64,000 nt of DNA from Tricharina praecox (taxonomy: Eukaryota). This document shows positions 1-13,489 of the stretch, piece by piece. Position numbers and translations under genes: made by a program. The notes under the pieces are model-generated. The model was given only the letters and a program-made list of their open reading frames with translations. It was not told where the DNA came from and made no database searches. The DNA is taken from the NCBI RefSeq assembly GCF_024521635.1, contig NW_026250404.1:620001-684000 (forward strand), written 5' to 3'. How positions within the stretch are numbered: position 1 is the first letter of the stretch; every line of letters starts with the position of its first letter.

Positions 1-336
1 CCGCCTGAGCAGTCTCCTGTGTCTTGAACCGCGAGAAGACCTCGAGGTATGCCTGAGTCTTGGTGACAATGCTACGCACAAACGTCAGTAACCCAGTCCC
101 ACGTGTTTCCGTAGGCAAAAGGTAGGTAGCGCTCACGGGTCGTCCGGGACCTTGAACTTTCCCGCATCCCGTCGGTGGTCGAAGATAACAGTCATGAGAG
201 TGCGCGCCTCCGAGAGCGTCAAAGCCGTCGCGTCCTTGAATTCGCCAAGCTTGAGCTCCTTGCCCGCCTCTTCGTCGCCCAGGACCTGCTCCTTCGCGCG
301 AGCCGTCGCTGGAATAGAGATACCGTTGGAAGTCAT
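1..336 (-). CDS. RPB4: RNA polymerase II subunit Rpb4, 5' part (runs off the window start)
   Basis: Exon 336-137, intron 136-72 (GTGAGC...TACTGAC...TAG), exon from 71. The translation EEAGKELKLGEFKDATALTLSEAR...IVTKTQAYLEVFSRFK matches the Rpb4 pattern as I recall it. Confidence 0.9.
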
Positions 337-441
337 TGTTTCCTGTAGCTTCGTGGTGCGTTGGTTCGTCGCCTAAGGAAGATTCGCGAAAGAATGGTGT
401 GGAAGGTGATACGCGCACTGAGGAGAAAGGTAGGGGGGAGT

Positions 442-522
442 GTTGTGGGTTGTGCGTGAAAGTGGTGAGGAGCGTTGTGGGTTGTGCGTGAAAGTGGTGA
501 GGAGCGTTGTGGGTTGTGCGTG
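442..522. repeat. 32-bp tandem repeat, ~2.5 copies, upstream of RPB4
   Basis: GTTGTGGGTTGTGCGTGAAAGTGGTGAGGAGC starts at 442, 474 and 506. Confidence 0.9.
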
Positions 523-2883
523 GAGGTGGGCGTGAGGTCGTTGGGGCGTTGGGGCTGGTGGTGGTGATAGATAGTTGTCGCGAGAGAGGGAAGCGGTTGA
601 CGTGTTGAGGCTGATCTTTGTTTTCCTTGGGCCGCATGCCAGCCCTTAAATTTTTGGTTCTCGAACTGAACGCGACAAGCTTACTTCTACGTTTAGAGTA
701 CGAGCACTCAGCCGAACATAAAACGAACGACAGAACAGCATGTGATTGTGCTATTTTTGCTATCTACGTGTTCTGTAAAGTGCCAATGAGCTTTGACGAG
801 TGAGATACCCAGTAGGAATGTCGAATACTGATTAATGAAATTCGAAAGAAAAGTCTGTTACAGCCAGGTGTAATAAATGGAAGTGTCACTCGTCAGCCAT
901 ATCGTGAGCTGATTCCTCTACTAGTTATTATGATAGCTAGAGCATTAAACGTATCTCATCTGCTCCAAAGCTCTCAGCTCTGAGCATTCATGCTGGTCTC
1001 CCACGTACGATAGAACCATACATAGCAGTAATCCAGACCCCATCGGCCCAAACATCGACTTATCTACGGATTACCACTTGCCCCGGTGCGGCTATGCATC
1101 CTCTACCAGCCAACCCCGCAATCCTCGTTTACACGACCTTGGACACTTGCGGCCGCTTAGGTCAACCCAACTGTCGACTGTTCAAAGCTGCTTGATCTTG
1201 GGCTTCTCGACTCCGCAAAACGAAGAGTATCGGACGCATTCGGGTCGTAATCCTTCAGTGATCGCTGCTAGGAATGTACCCAACGGTAGCATCAGAACGA
1301 AACATAACTGGATCGGCGAGTAGGAGGGTTAGTAAGTGCAGATGGAGTATATAGAGTAGGTGTTGCGAAAGTTTTGTACATATCTAGCCCAGGAGGAGTT
1401 CGCGGAGGGTCATGTGCTTGGAAGCGGCGGCGGCTCATGCGACAAGTTTGAACATGACACTGAGGACCTCATTTTGATTGGCCTGGGGAGTAACTTTAGG
1501 CAAATAGTTGTTGACGGCGGCAGCAGTGCCAGCAGAAGTGGGAGGTTAATACGAAAGGAGCTCGAAGGAGATGCGAGATGGATGGTTGATGGAGTGCGGA
1601 GAGCCATCCTTGTCTCGGACCGTTTCCAATCCTGGTTTGGGGAGTGATATCTGATCTCTGCAGTATTCTCCGACGCAAGACGGGAATCCATTCCGAGGAT
1701 TGTGAGGAATGGATGGAAATCCCGAAGGCCAGTAATATCTCAATTGATCCACCAGGTTGTGTGGAAAGCATTCAGACTCACTTCGGATATGGGTTCTACG
1801 GTATGTATTTCTGGCAGTCGACATGATAGGTATGTAAATAGTAGCTGTGAGCTGATGGCCCTCTATGGGCAGTATATGGGCAGAGTGTCCGTCCATGTAC
1901 CCGAGTTAGAGATTACCTAGGTTATCATTTAAACAAGACCCATACCCACATTGTCACGCTGCATGCCGGACAAGTGAGGAAAATGTACCCACCCATTTAT
2001 CCATGGGAATAACTATCCCATCCTTCCATCACCGCGGCAATGGCCGGTGCTATTCATCTCTTCGGGAAGCCCAATGATGGCGAGCAATATATCTGCACTC
2101 CGGTCCAAATACTCTGCACAGTGTATACCTCCCTACCTAACGTATTCTGGCTGCAGTTAGATCACATTGGTTACTTGCTTATGGAGTTGCTTGGAACGGC
2201 AATCATAGGCACTCACTCGTCAGAGTCCGGCCGACGCAGCCGGCCATCTCCTAGTGGTTCCTCCATTATCGCTCGACCTCCCTTCCTCTCCGAACACAAC
2301 CATTACCACCCGCCACCCCAACCCAACCCACATTCGTTCCTCGGATTTCATTCATCATTCCCGACAGACACATCTCACAAAAAGTCGCCTTTTCCTCTTA
2401 AACTCGACTCTCAAAGTCGAAGTCCTCTTTCGGGCTACTCATCGGCCACTTGCTTAACGGAAAGCGAGCTCTATTCTCGTGTGTTGCCTTCTTCTTCTCT
2501 TTACTCTCTACCTGCTCCAGCCGACAAACCCCTTACAAACCATTATTTCCATCCCCCCAAACCGTATCCCCCCCCACCCCTCAAGAATCCCATGATACGA
2601 TCACCTACTACTACTATTACTACAAGCACCTATCTACCTCCTACTTCTTGATCGTGCGATTATTTGCACTCCTTTTCGCTTCCCCCTTTTCTCCCTCCTC
2701 TTTCTCCTGTTCTCTTCGTTGGCTCGTCTGGAGCTTCGGTTTTTGGTTGATCGGTTTTTGACTCAATCGCCATGTCTCGTTCGCGTCGCAGATCTACTTC
2801 CTCGTTTCCTCACCGAAACGCGCCAACGAACACCTCCCTTTATCGCTTTACCTGACTCATCGGTCGGAAACAGCTTTTGAACA

Positions 2884-5465
2884 ATGTCGTTCTTGGATCG
2901 TTACAACGGTGGAGATCAGATCAGGGACCGCAGCAGAGGCAGTCGGGAGCGCGAGGGCGGCGCTGGCGGTCCCGGTGGTCCTGGTGGTCCGGGTGGCGCT
3001 TATGAGATTTCCTACGGTCGTCTGAGCAACGATCGCGATGGACCCGGCAGAGGCCGGGGTAGAAGTCCACGTAAGTCATCCATCGCGCCCATGAACTCTA
3101 TGCGCTGTCACGAGGGATGAAAATTCGCTATTTACGACGTAATGAAAAAGAACGCGCATACTGCCCCTTGGGGCGTTTTATGACTGTTTCTGACTGTGAT
3201 TGTTGCGAACAGTGCCACGTCGCATCCGTCGTTCGAGATCTCCTCCCGCGGGCAACATCGATCGCTACGTCCCGGGTTCACCGCGTCGCCGTTCTGGCTC
3301 TCCGCCCCGTAGATTCCATCCGTCGTACCCTCAGAACCGTAACATACTGGGCGGCCCCGGGTCGATCGATCGTTATGTTCCGCAAGGCGGACCCGGTGGT
3401 ACTGTTCTGGCAATGCTCACCGATCCGCACAAACTTGACTATTCAGTCACGTATACCTACTTTTCCGAGTGGTACTACCAAGAGAATGGCAAGCTTCGGG
3501 ACAAGGAATCGATTACAAAGGACGAGGTGCAATCCGCGTATGATAGATACAAGGACGATTTGAATGCACGATTGGCCAAGATCTTTGTTATGGCACACAA
3601 GAATGATGAGTGGTTCAAGGAACGCTACATGCCAGGAGAAAAGGAAGTCACCAAATCCAAGATTGTGGAGTACCGGAGGGGTCTCTGGCAGAAATGGAAG
3701 GTTCAATTGGAGTCTGGGGCTTTTGACGACGTGGATCGGGAAACCCTAGGCGTCAAAGTCGAGGGCGGTGATGATGTCGTAGAGGAGGTCAATCGTGGCG
3801 TCGATGATGGTGGATTAAAGCCGGTGTTGTTAATCAAGACCATCAGTCCGACAGTCAGCAGAGTCCAATTGGAAAAGGCTGGTAGATCTAGTCACTCAGG
3901 GAGAGGCCTTGGCTAACGATTTTGTTTCTCAGCTTGCCGCGGATAATCTTCCTAATTTCCACTTCGTCTCGCTTTCGGATCCCAACCCTCTCAAGAAATT
4001 CCACCGCATTGGCTTCATCCTCCTGCAGCCTCACAATGCAGACGGCTCGAACCCGGAGCCTGTGGTCGTTACCGAGTCCACCGTGGAGCTTCTCAATGGA
4101 AAATCCATCCATGACGAAAACCACGGCGACTTTGTCTGTCACGTGGGTATCCACAATGGACCAACCAATCCAAAAGCCAAAAAACTCCTCAACGAGTACA
4201 TGAGCATGCCACAAAACCTCAAAAAGGAGGCTGAACTCGTGGAAAAGTGCATCCGGAGACTTGAATCGGAGCTTGTGGAGAGCGAAGGCGACGATTATGA
4301 CGGCTGGAACCTTATCAAGGACAAAGTTGAGGCATGGGGCAGCGTTGAGAGGGAAAAGAGAGAAACCTCAGAAGAAGAGGGAGAAGAAGGCGCTGATTCA
4401 GAAGTGGAATTGAAGGTTCTGAAGAAGAAAATCGATATTGGAGTTGAATACCTCCGACGCGCGTTCAACTTCTGCATGTACTGTGTCTCATCCTCTGATT
4501 CGATCCACGAGCTCACAAGGAAGTGCCCCGGAGGCCACATCCGTCGACCAACACCACCCTCTGACTATGCCGCTGATCAGAGAACCGTAAATTGGACAAA
4601 GAAATGGCAGGATAAACTCGAACTTTTCGTCAATCCTCCGGTTCTGGGCCAAGAAGATTACGCCGAACGGTTGATGAAGATCGGAGGCAAGCCGGTTGGG
4701 GAGGCAGTCAAAGAGGAGACTCTGAAATTTGTCAAAGAAGAGGATGAGGGCAAATTCCGGTGTAAGGTCAGCGGCTGCACGAAATTGTTCAGGGCCGAGG
4801 ATTTCTGGAGGAAGCATCTGGACAAGAAACATACGGAATGGCTTCAGCAAATGGAATTGGATGCGGCGCTCATCAACACATATGTGTCGGACCCCACCCG
4901 CGTGCACCCACCCAAGATTGAGCAGAACGCACAAGGCAATTTCCAGGCTGGCGGACTGGGCGGAACCCGGAATCCGCCGATACTTCCGATGTCATTCCCC
5001 CAGGGTGTGCTTCCTCCTCCGGGATTCCCGTTCAATGCTGCATTCATGCAAGCTGCGGTCTCGAGCAGTATCCATGCCAATGGTAATGGTGCCCTTCCAG
5101 GTGGCGTGGGCCCCATCCGACGTCCCTCTAGGAACCCCAGCGGGGGAGGGATTGGGTTACCACTGGGGAGAGACGGCACCAGGTATGGTGGTCAACCTTA
5201 CGCTCGACCGGACCGTGCACAGAGGGAGAGGGAGCGGGAGAAGAGGGATAGGGAAATGAGGGATGCACAGTCCAAGAAGGTGGGCGGCGGCGGACCTGTT
5301 GGAGGGCTGAGTGGCATCAGCGCCGCAATGGGAGGAGGAGGGGCCGGACTACCGGTCGCAGGCGGACCTGATGCTGAGTTGGCAGTTATGGGAAGAGCAG
5401 TGAAGAGTTACAAAGACCTGGATGCCACCGAAGGAAGGAAGGGTGTTGATGAGCTGGACTATTGA
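2884..5465 (+). CDS. ARS2/SERRATE family cap-binding-complex adaptor with C2H2 zinc finger, ~794 aa
   Basis: Exons 2884-3070, 3213-3877 and 3933-5465. RS-rich N-terminus with IDRYVP repeats, HKNDEWFKERY, YLRRAFNFCMYC, zinc finger KFRCKVSGCTKLFRAEDFWRKHLDKKH, C-terminal SYKDLDA...ELDY. Confidence 0.9.
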
Positions 5466-5851
5466 ATCAATTGTGAATTAGGCGATTAGGTCATGAATGT
5501 CCCGCCACCGGCTTCCCCGCCTATGGATCTGTCCATTTTCTTTCCAGGGGTGTTTTGTTCTTTCTGAAAACTTTCTTTCATTTTTTTTCTTCTCGGCAAT
5601 GGCTGTGTGTTTCTTGTGCGTAATTTTTCTCTGCCAACTTTGTGACATTAGTTTTTACTTTACTGTTTTCATTTGTTTTTTTCTGGGTGTATGTATGCTG
5701 TGCGAAGTACGCACCTAACTAGGCACTCTATTTCTTTTCAATCAGAGATCAACGGGCTTTCCTTGTGGCGTGAAGAATGCGTGGAATCTGGATACATATC
5801 ACCACTGTTAACACGGCTACCTCTGCGGTGATTAGAGACTATCGGTAGGGC

Positions 5852-5893
5852 GGGGTGTGGGGTGTGGGGTGTGGGGTGTGGGGTGTGGGGTGT
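5852..5893. repeat. (GGGGTGT)n heptamer repeat, G-quadruplex-capable
   Basis: Six G4 tracts separated by TGT. Confidence 0.85.
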
Positions 5894-8745
5894 TTGGTGA
5901 CGGACAATGGCCACAGCTTGAACACTACCTACGGTGCTTAGTGCCCCCGCCACAGCATGGTGATAAAAAGTACTCTAGATGGATTGGGGATCCCGAAGAG
6001 TAGAGTAAGTTACGATTAGGTGCCTACACTACACTATATATATACGGGCCCAACATTTGTTGTAAGTTGCAACTTCGATGCGGGATCGCCCCACCAGCAG
6101 AGCCGAAATTGATGAGTGTGCGGGAAGCCGTAATCTCTATTCTAGGGTAGTGTGGTAACGACGGTAACTATGATAGATCTCCCGAACGGCGAAGGCTGCC
6201 AAGCCCGATTGCCGGGAGAAGGAGGGGGGGGGATTAGTGGCTATGTAATCTACAAAGATACGAACGGGAGGCTGTGGGACCTGGGTGGTTCAAGCCAGCT
6301 GCGGTGGTCGGCCGCGGTACATCCAAGCTCTAGGTATGTAGGTTCGGCCATGACGTCTTGCTCCGATTCCCTTCAGCTACTCATGGAGGGTTATAAACCT
6401 TCGCGATCGTACTTATGTAACCAATCACGGACATCTCCCGAGCGCCGAGAAGAGCTTACAGCTTCCCTCGTCTCGCCGGGAAGCTCTCCCTCGAGACAAG
6501 ACGAGGGTCCCTCCTCTGTAGCTTGGGCGCAGGGAGCCCTCCCCCCCCCATAGGCAATGTGTGTGTGTGTCACTGTGTGTGTAGAGCGCCGGTGGACCAC
6601 CTGCGGACATTGAGATCCCCGGGCCGGGATGATTGGACATTTCTCGTCGGAGCTTGGGGGATTCCGGGCGGCTGTGGCCGTGCTCGATTGCCCATACCCC
6701 CCGCATGGAATGGGGCGGAGAGTCAGGTTTCGGGGTTCGGGCGGTGGTGGATGGGTGCGGTATGTACCTACCAGGTATGTGGGTGGGAAGTCAAGATACA
6801 TAGACGGGATACCGGTATGGAATCCAGGTATGGGGAGAGTGCAGATCCACTTGACAAAGAAGAATTTTTCCCACCGGATGTCACGACCACTCACGACCAC
6901 TCAGGGCTCCACTACGTACCTACCGGCATTCTGGAGCGCAAAAGCCTGCGATGAGCTCTGCCTCCCACCCCGCTCCGCTCCGCCTTAACTACTACTCTAG
7001 TACCGGTAGCCCTGACAGAGCGTTCCGTTTGCCATTGAGATTTGACAATCCTGACTCTTAACTCCTGAGCCCTACAATGTACATATGATACCTATATCGA
7101 GATGAATATAGAAACAAAACATGTTACACCACTCTCCAGGCTCCCTTGAGTCTTCTGTTGCAAGTATGTAAGTGAGTGGCCTTGGCCCTTGACCGATAAC
7201 TGGACGCGGATCACCGCACAAAAGTGTCGATTGAGGATCCACAGCAAAGTGAAAAGTGAAACGGGGTTGGGTTGGGGTTGCCTGTTCGGAATGTACAACA
7301 TAGAGTAGGTAGGCAGGGTGAGTACCTTCCTATGGGTGAATCCGGAGTCGGTAGAGCAATGTAAGTACTGTACATCCTATCTACTGGTGATGGTAAGACA
7401 CTAATTTATGTATTGTAAATGCATGAAGTATATGTACCTTGTATGTACCTAGATCGCCAGCCAGCCTGCCCGCCCGCCTGCAGAGCGCGCGTGCGAGAGA
7501 GAAAGCAGGACTCTATCCAGACGAAAAGTTGGTGCTTGGTTCCTCATCTTTCCGCAGAGCAGAGAACGAACTGCCCAGTGATGTCTGAGTGACGGAGAGA
7601 GAGCTCGTTATGGCCCCCGCCCGCCCGCCGTCCGTCCTTGGATCGACGACGACGACGAAGAACGCTACCTGGAATGATGATGGGTGATGGGGGGAGCCCG
7701 CTTGGATCCATTGGTCGGGCAGAGTTCGCGGGCTTTGTCCCGCGCACGGACTGCTTCATGCTATGCTTTGCTTTGCGTTGCGTGGGGCGGGGCGGGGGTG
7801 ATGCCGGTGGCGCTGCGACAGCTGTCCAGTGGTAGTATGTGTGTAAAAGAGTACATGTGGAGTCGTGGACATGCGAAGCGTTGCTAGTAGGTGAGTACTC
7901 ACATTATGCTGTCCGGCGGCGGCGCGGGCTGAGTCACAAGGAAGGGCCCAGCGGAAGCCAAGAGTTGATGGCTGCAAAGAAGCCGATGGTGTGCAGCAGA
8001 GCAGTTCAGCGGTTGTTGAGCGAGCGAGAGCAGAAAGGCGCGGGCTGGAGACAAAGGGCGATTGTACTCTGCCTACCGCAACTCACAGATATACCTTCGG
8101 CGCCCAGGCAAGTAACAATGTAGCTCCTGAGCACGTAGAAGGAGCTCTGCGCGAGGCTGCTTTGCTTGGCGGGCTCGGGATGCCTCTCTCTCTCGCTGCC
8201 GCTCTGTCGCTATCTCTCTTTCTTTCCCGTTCTCTCTCGCTCGCTCGCTGCTTGTATGCTGGCGCTTGAATCGTCATAGTTAGCTCTGCTTGCTTTGTCC
8301 ACCTTCGCCTCCTGTACCTATCCTGAGCAGCAACTAGCAAGTAACCTCCCTTTCACCACCACCTCCACCGCAACCTCCACCACCGCAACCTCCACCACCG
8401 CTGCAACAATCCAAGACCAAGCCCAACCCAACCCAACCACGCAACCAACCACTTTGTACCTCAACTCCCTCTCCACCGCAACCAACTACAACCCACCACA
8501 ACCACCCACTACCCACTCACCCCGCCTCTTCCCCCCGCCATCCCCGCACCTGCAACAACCAATCTGGTGAACGCTCTCGTCCCACCTCAACTCCTCGTCC
8601 CCTTCTCCCTATCAACAACTCTCTCTCGCGCACTCCTCCGCTCCCGCTGCCGCTCCCGCACCGCGCACCCGACCCACGCCCACATTCACCCCTGGCTCAA
8701 CACACCTCGAAGACCACAGCCTCCGCCCCTTCCCCGAGAACAAAC

Positions 8746-9624
8746 ATGCTGCCCACACCGCCCGGAGTCCACGCCTCGCTCGCCCCCCCATCCCCCCCTA
8801 CTCTCGACCTGGAGCCGTCACCAACCTACTCGCCGCTCTCGACCCCGAGCCAGTCTCCGAAGCCACCCCCATCTCCTCCGCTCGGACCCTCAAGCGACTG
8901 CGACATCAATGAGCTGACCACCATAAAGCTCCGCGACCGCGAGCGAGAAATTCGCGAGCTCAAAAAAAAGGTAGAGGCTCTGCAGCGAGAGAAGCGGGAA
9001 CGCGCATCACCACCACCAGCACCGTCAAACACCAGCACCACGACCACCACGACGCCGCCAAGCTCCGCTACAACAAGCTCCGACACCGCTAGCCTCTCTG
9101 CTGACAACATCGCGCTGCGCAGCACCCTCCGTCTGCTGATGCTGCAACGTGATCGCGCTAAGCGCGACATCCACACTCTCGAGGAGATGCGCGAGGATGC
9201 GTTGCGGGAGCCGCTAGAGTTCATCGAATTCATTCAGAGTCAGAAGACTGGTCGTAGCAGCCGTCCAAATTCGGCTTCATCGTCCAGGGATTCCGACAAG
9301 AAACCCAACTTCTTTACCGGACGGGAGCTCCCGAAGCCGCAGGAGATATACCGCTGTCCTCCGATCGAGTGGTCCCAGTACCGGATCCTCGGTGCTCCCT
9401 TGGATGCGCTTCACGACAAGCAGAGACGCCGAGCTTCGCCGTCAAGGCCCTCGAATGCTGCCGGACAGGGTGCCGCTGCTGCCGCTGGTGTTCCGCCAAG
9501 TATGCAGACCGGAGGCATCATCGGCATGCCACCAACGGAGTACGGAGAGGATACTGGACTCATGCAGGGACGCATGCGCATGTTTGATGGCATCGGTCAA
9601 CGCGGTAGTGTCGTCGGTCGTTAA
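8746..9624 (+). CDS. Conserved fungal coiled-coil protein, 292 aa; possibly related to the ZZZ3/Ahc2 histone-acetyltransferase-complex module
   Basis: Intronless ORF, start context AAACATG. Motif ALRSTLRLLMLQRDRAKRDIHTLEEMREDALREPLEF...LPKPQEIYRCPPIEWSQY. The family link is from recall and was not searched. Confidence 0.7.
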   Translation: MLPTPPGVHASLAPPSPPTLDLEPSPTYSPLSTPSQSPKPPPSPPLGPSSDCDINELTTIKLRDREREIRELKKKVEALQREKRERASPPPAPSNTSTTTTTTPPSSATTSSDTASLSADNIALRSTLRLLMLQRDRAKRDIHTLEEMREDALREPLEFIEFIQSQKTGRSSRPNSASSSRDSDKKPNFFTGRELPKPQEIYRCPPIEWSQYRILGAPLDALHDKQRRRASPSRPSNAAGQGAAAAAGVPPSMQTGGIIGMPPTEYGEDTGLMQGRMRMFDGIGQRGSVVGR

Positions 9625-10098
9625 TTGTCTTCATCAAAATCGTCATCATCAATCAAAATTTGTGGAGTGGGTGGAGGAGGGCTCGCCTTACCTTTTTTTT
9701 CTTTTTCTTTTTCTTTTTCTTTCTTCCCGGAGGCGTTCTTGAACTGAAAATGGAAGCAAAACAAGAATTGGAGTGGAATGGACAGCGGTGATTCCTGTAT
9801 CCGTTGGTGACATATGTCTCTTGTTCCCTTTTAGCTATCCTCTACCTCTTCCCCGTTTTTTTTCTTTCTTTCTTCTTTTTCTTTCCCGTTTTAACCCCCC
9901 TTTGGTTGGCCTTTTGTTGATTTGGTCGGAATTGAACGGATGGATTGGGTGTTTCTTCTCCTTTGGTGGGACTTATTTTCTCTTTCTTCTTTTCTTCTTT
10001 TCTTCTTTCTATATGTTGGCAGAACAGAATGTCTTTGTAGTTTCCCTGACGATGACGATCGACGATGACGACGATGATTATGATGATTGATTGATTGA

Positions 10099-10148
10099 CT
10101 GGAGACTGGAGACGGGAGACGGGAGACGGGAGACGGGAGACGGGAGAC
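10099..10148. repeat. (GGGAGAC)n heptamer repeat
   Basis: About 7 tandem copies downstream of the 8746-9624 gene. Confidence 0.85.
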
Positions 10149-13040
10149 GCGGGTGGCAAATGTACACGCACGGGCCGAAGCGATTGATTGATTGATCGTG
10201 CTGGTGGTGGTTACTTATGAATGGGATGGAATGGTTGGGTGGTTTGGCGTGTCGTTTATACGGTAGTTATCCTTACGCGGCCTGCCCGCCGTTAAGGTTT
10301 CAACATTGGGTTTGAATCTTCAACTTTGGTCCTCCCAGCTGTCCTTTTCATCCCCCATCACCATTTGGATCTACTATGGGGTATGATCATACATGTTTAA
10401 AACGTAGTTTACGTCCTCTTCTTTGCCCTTTACCCTTTGCATTGCCTTTACGCAGATACACACACCTATTACTCTATACTGCAGGCCTCGGTGCCGGGGA
10501 GGGATGCGAAAGAGTTTGTGATTTATATTTTCTTGCCAGTGCTTAGTTTTTCTTGGAATCAAATGGGGAGGAAGATTGTGGGGTGGGGGGAGGGCGGGGG
10601 GCAGGCTGGTGGGCAGGCTGGTGGGCTGGTAGGGAGCAAGCTGGTAGGGAGATGAAATAATACTGTACTTTGATCAAGTACTTCTTGTTCCTCTTGATAT
10701 CTACTGTATGTACGAGGAGTACAACCACCTCTTTTGCCCACAGTGTTGCAGTACCGTAGGTATCAAACGGGCCAACCGGTCGGTGCTAGGTCGTAACGAT
10801 ATCATACCTCACCACCGGGCCCCGTCGAGGAATCTTGAAGAATCCGGGAGAATCACGAAGGATATGCAGCTATGGTGTGCTCGAACTACTCTGCCAGCCT
10901 TCAGGTAACTGCTTACTTACTCTACTTACCTGCCTATGCAATGCAAGGCAAGGCTGCCTTCATGCCCTGGCACCTGTGCAGGAAAATTAGTTGAGACAGG
11001 TAGACAGTCTGGTAGGTAAGAAGACAGGCAGCGTAGCGAGTTCGATGGTTCCACAGACATGACAGACCTGAACTGGGTTGGCGAAAGGATATCCCTACTA
11101 CTAGTATCAATAGCTCTCGGGATCGTGATCTACCGGGCCCGAGCCCGAGCCGTCTACATTCGTGGAGTTTATATATACAGAAGTCTACTGTTATCATATT
11201 AAAGGCTTCCCAGTTCCCACGGTACCTACATAAAACCACCTTATCCCACCCAAAACATGTCACCTCGAAGTTCGAACGCTATATCAAGAAACACCAATAA
11301 ACCCCCCGGAAGGCCTGTCCCTCCCTCTCCTTCTTAAGATGGAAGGAACGGACCGTGGTTTGCGGTCCTCATACTATGTAGAGGGTGATGGCGCGGCCAG
11401 TGATGGTTTGCTTTCCCGTCTTACTGCTTGGTATGATATCGATAGTGAGATCGCAACCCTCGGAGGGCAGGGCTTCGGCATTGGCTTCTTTCTGGTCGGT
11501 TGCTTTCCTGATTAGTGGGTGGTATCTTGTGATGGTGATCCACCTCCATCTTTCCATGAGCTCTCGTCATGTTTTCCGGCAGTATTGCCCGAAATGTTGC
11601 GGTGCCGGTAGCACGCGCAGATGGCATCAGCTGGTCCCAAAAGAACAAGCCCTAAGTCGAGGTCGAAGTCGAAGTCGAAGGAAGAATATGGTGTCGAAGG
11701 CTGAAATGTAGAGATTGTGGCGTCAGGCAGCAAATGGGGGAGGTCATCGTGGCACGTAGCATATGTAGCTCGTGGAAGCTCATGACCATTGTCTTACGGA
11801 AGAATCAACGCGATGCCTGTTTGGGCTTAGCAAGGGCTGGGAAAGCTCGTTTAAGAATGATTCTTATCGCAAGGCGCAACTGCGGCCATGACAGTACTTT
11901 ATGTAAGTACTAGTAGTGTGAGGATCTTACCGAGTTCATAGATGCTCACCATGGACTCGGGCACGTCCCCACGCATCTCGAGAACTCTTGCCTCGAGATA
12001 TTCCATGCCTCCTGTGGGCACACACGGAACCCCCATAGGTAGCGAAGACGCAAGGAAATATATCTGCTCCAATCTCGTCAAGCAGCTCGTCAGCTTCGGT
12101 TGAGCCCTCGCTGCGGACTAAGGCAGGGGACGGATCTATCGACCCGGCCATCCCCCCCCCCATGATCCATCTATCTACCTACTCTACCAGTAGCCTGCTT
12201 TGTCTACTTTTTCCTTCAGCAGGCAGGCACACCAGCACCGTCCAGCGAACCACCAGGCTTAAGCCCGACCATATACACTTTACGCGTCCAAGCCACGTGA
12301 AGTGGTGTCGACCGCGTCTGTTTGTGTCTCTGTCCCCACACCTGCCCCCTCCCCCCCCCCCCCCCCCCCCACCTTCCGAATCTCATCCGCATAACTACCG
12401 AACGACCCATCTCGTTTCTGTTGGTCCGTCCCATCCTTCTCTGTCGCCCTGAGGATCCGTTCCCTGTCACAAAATATATCCCGCGTGCGTGCCTCCATTC
12501 ACCGGTGTACCACACACGTTCGCTTCCTTCGAAAAAAAAAGACTCCACATCCATCCATCCATCCACTCCTCGCGCGCGCCGTGCAAAACATACTCTATAC
12601 GCCCTGCCTGCCCGCTTCTCCCTACAGACCGCGCAAGCCCAGCTGCGTTGCGTGTCGTTTCTGCGTGCGCACCTCTCGCTCTCGCAAGTCCCCTTCTCGC
12701 GCGCCCCGGGCCCGGAACGATCGTAGTCACCATCATCTCGCGGACGAGATTTGTGCGTGTGGAGGAGAACGAAAGGAAAGGAAAGGGCTGTTGGACGCTG
12801 GCGACCGGGACGGGAAGGACATACATATTGGAGGCCTACCTACGCTGCATATAAATACCCGCGCGACATAAGTCGACGACGACGACGAGGCGGATACATA
12901 GCAACCCTGATTCACCTATTTGGTGACGGGACTGAGTACTCCCGCGAGGTCGACGTGCAATTCGCCTGAAAGGGCCGCCCAGTTGGTTGTCCCTTCTCCG
13001 AGGAGTGCAGTTTTTTTTTTATGTCTTCGTAAGGGTTCGG

Positions 13041-13046
13041 ACGCGT
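13041..13046. promoter_or_regulatory. MCB-like element (ACGCGT) upstream of RAD53; second copy at 12282-12287
   Basis: Exact ACGCGT ~450 bp before the ATG. A likely 5'-UTR intron lies at 13304-13443 (GTAAGT...GACTAAC...TAG). Confidence 0.4.
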
Positions 13047-13489
13047 ACATACTCACTTTCCTTCCCCCCGTAATCGATGCCATTTCCAGGTGTACTGACT
13101 GAGTCAACGCCAACAGTGCTTGTAGTTATCGAGTTATCACCGCCCGTGTTCAAATCGTTCCGTTTCGGTCGCCCTACTTTGCGGTATCCAGAAGCCCCAG
13201 ATCGCTTCTATAGGCGATAAATTCCCTCCTGAGTGTGCGCAGTCGTTCGCCAACAAAATTCAATCATTCTTTCCTCCCTGTCTGGTTCACTTTTCAGACG
13301 GATGTAAGTGGATATATATACCCCATCCTCCCCGACCCCCCGACCCTCCCCATCAATTGCCTTCCTTCGACATCCTAACCATTCACTGCCTCCACCGACG
13401 GGTCCTCGAACAAGACTAACCGAGCCATCATCGGGTATTCTAGTTGTCTTTTACTCCCACTGCGATTTGACGTCGGATAGCCAGCAACG

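Noticed and set aside
1190..1900. Possible minus-strand gene relic with an intron-like segment (TACTAAC...CAG near 1310-1335)
   Set aside because: No continuous frame or recognisable motif could be assembled.
2040..2761. ORFs of 203 and 103 aa upstream of ARS2
   Set aside because: Low-complexity CT-rich promoter or UTR sequence with no protein-like signal.
11369..12163. Minus-strand fragments with a GTAAGA...CAG intron-like stretch
   Set aside because: Frames are broken by stops and I cannot identify a family; at most an old pseudogene.
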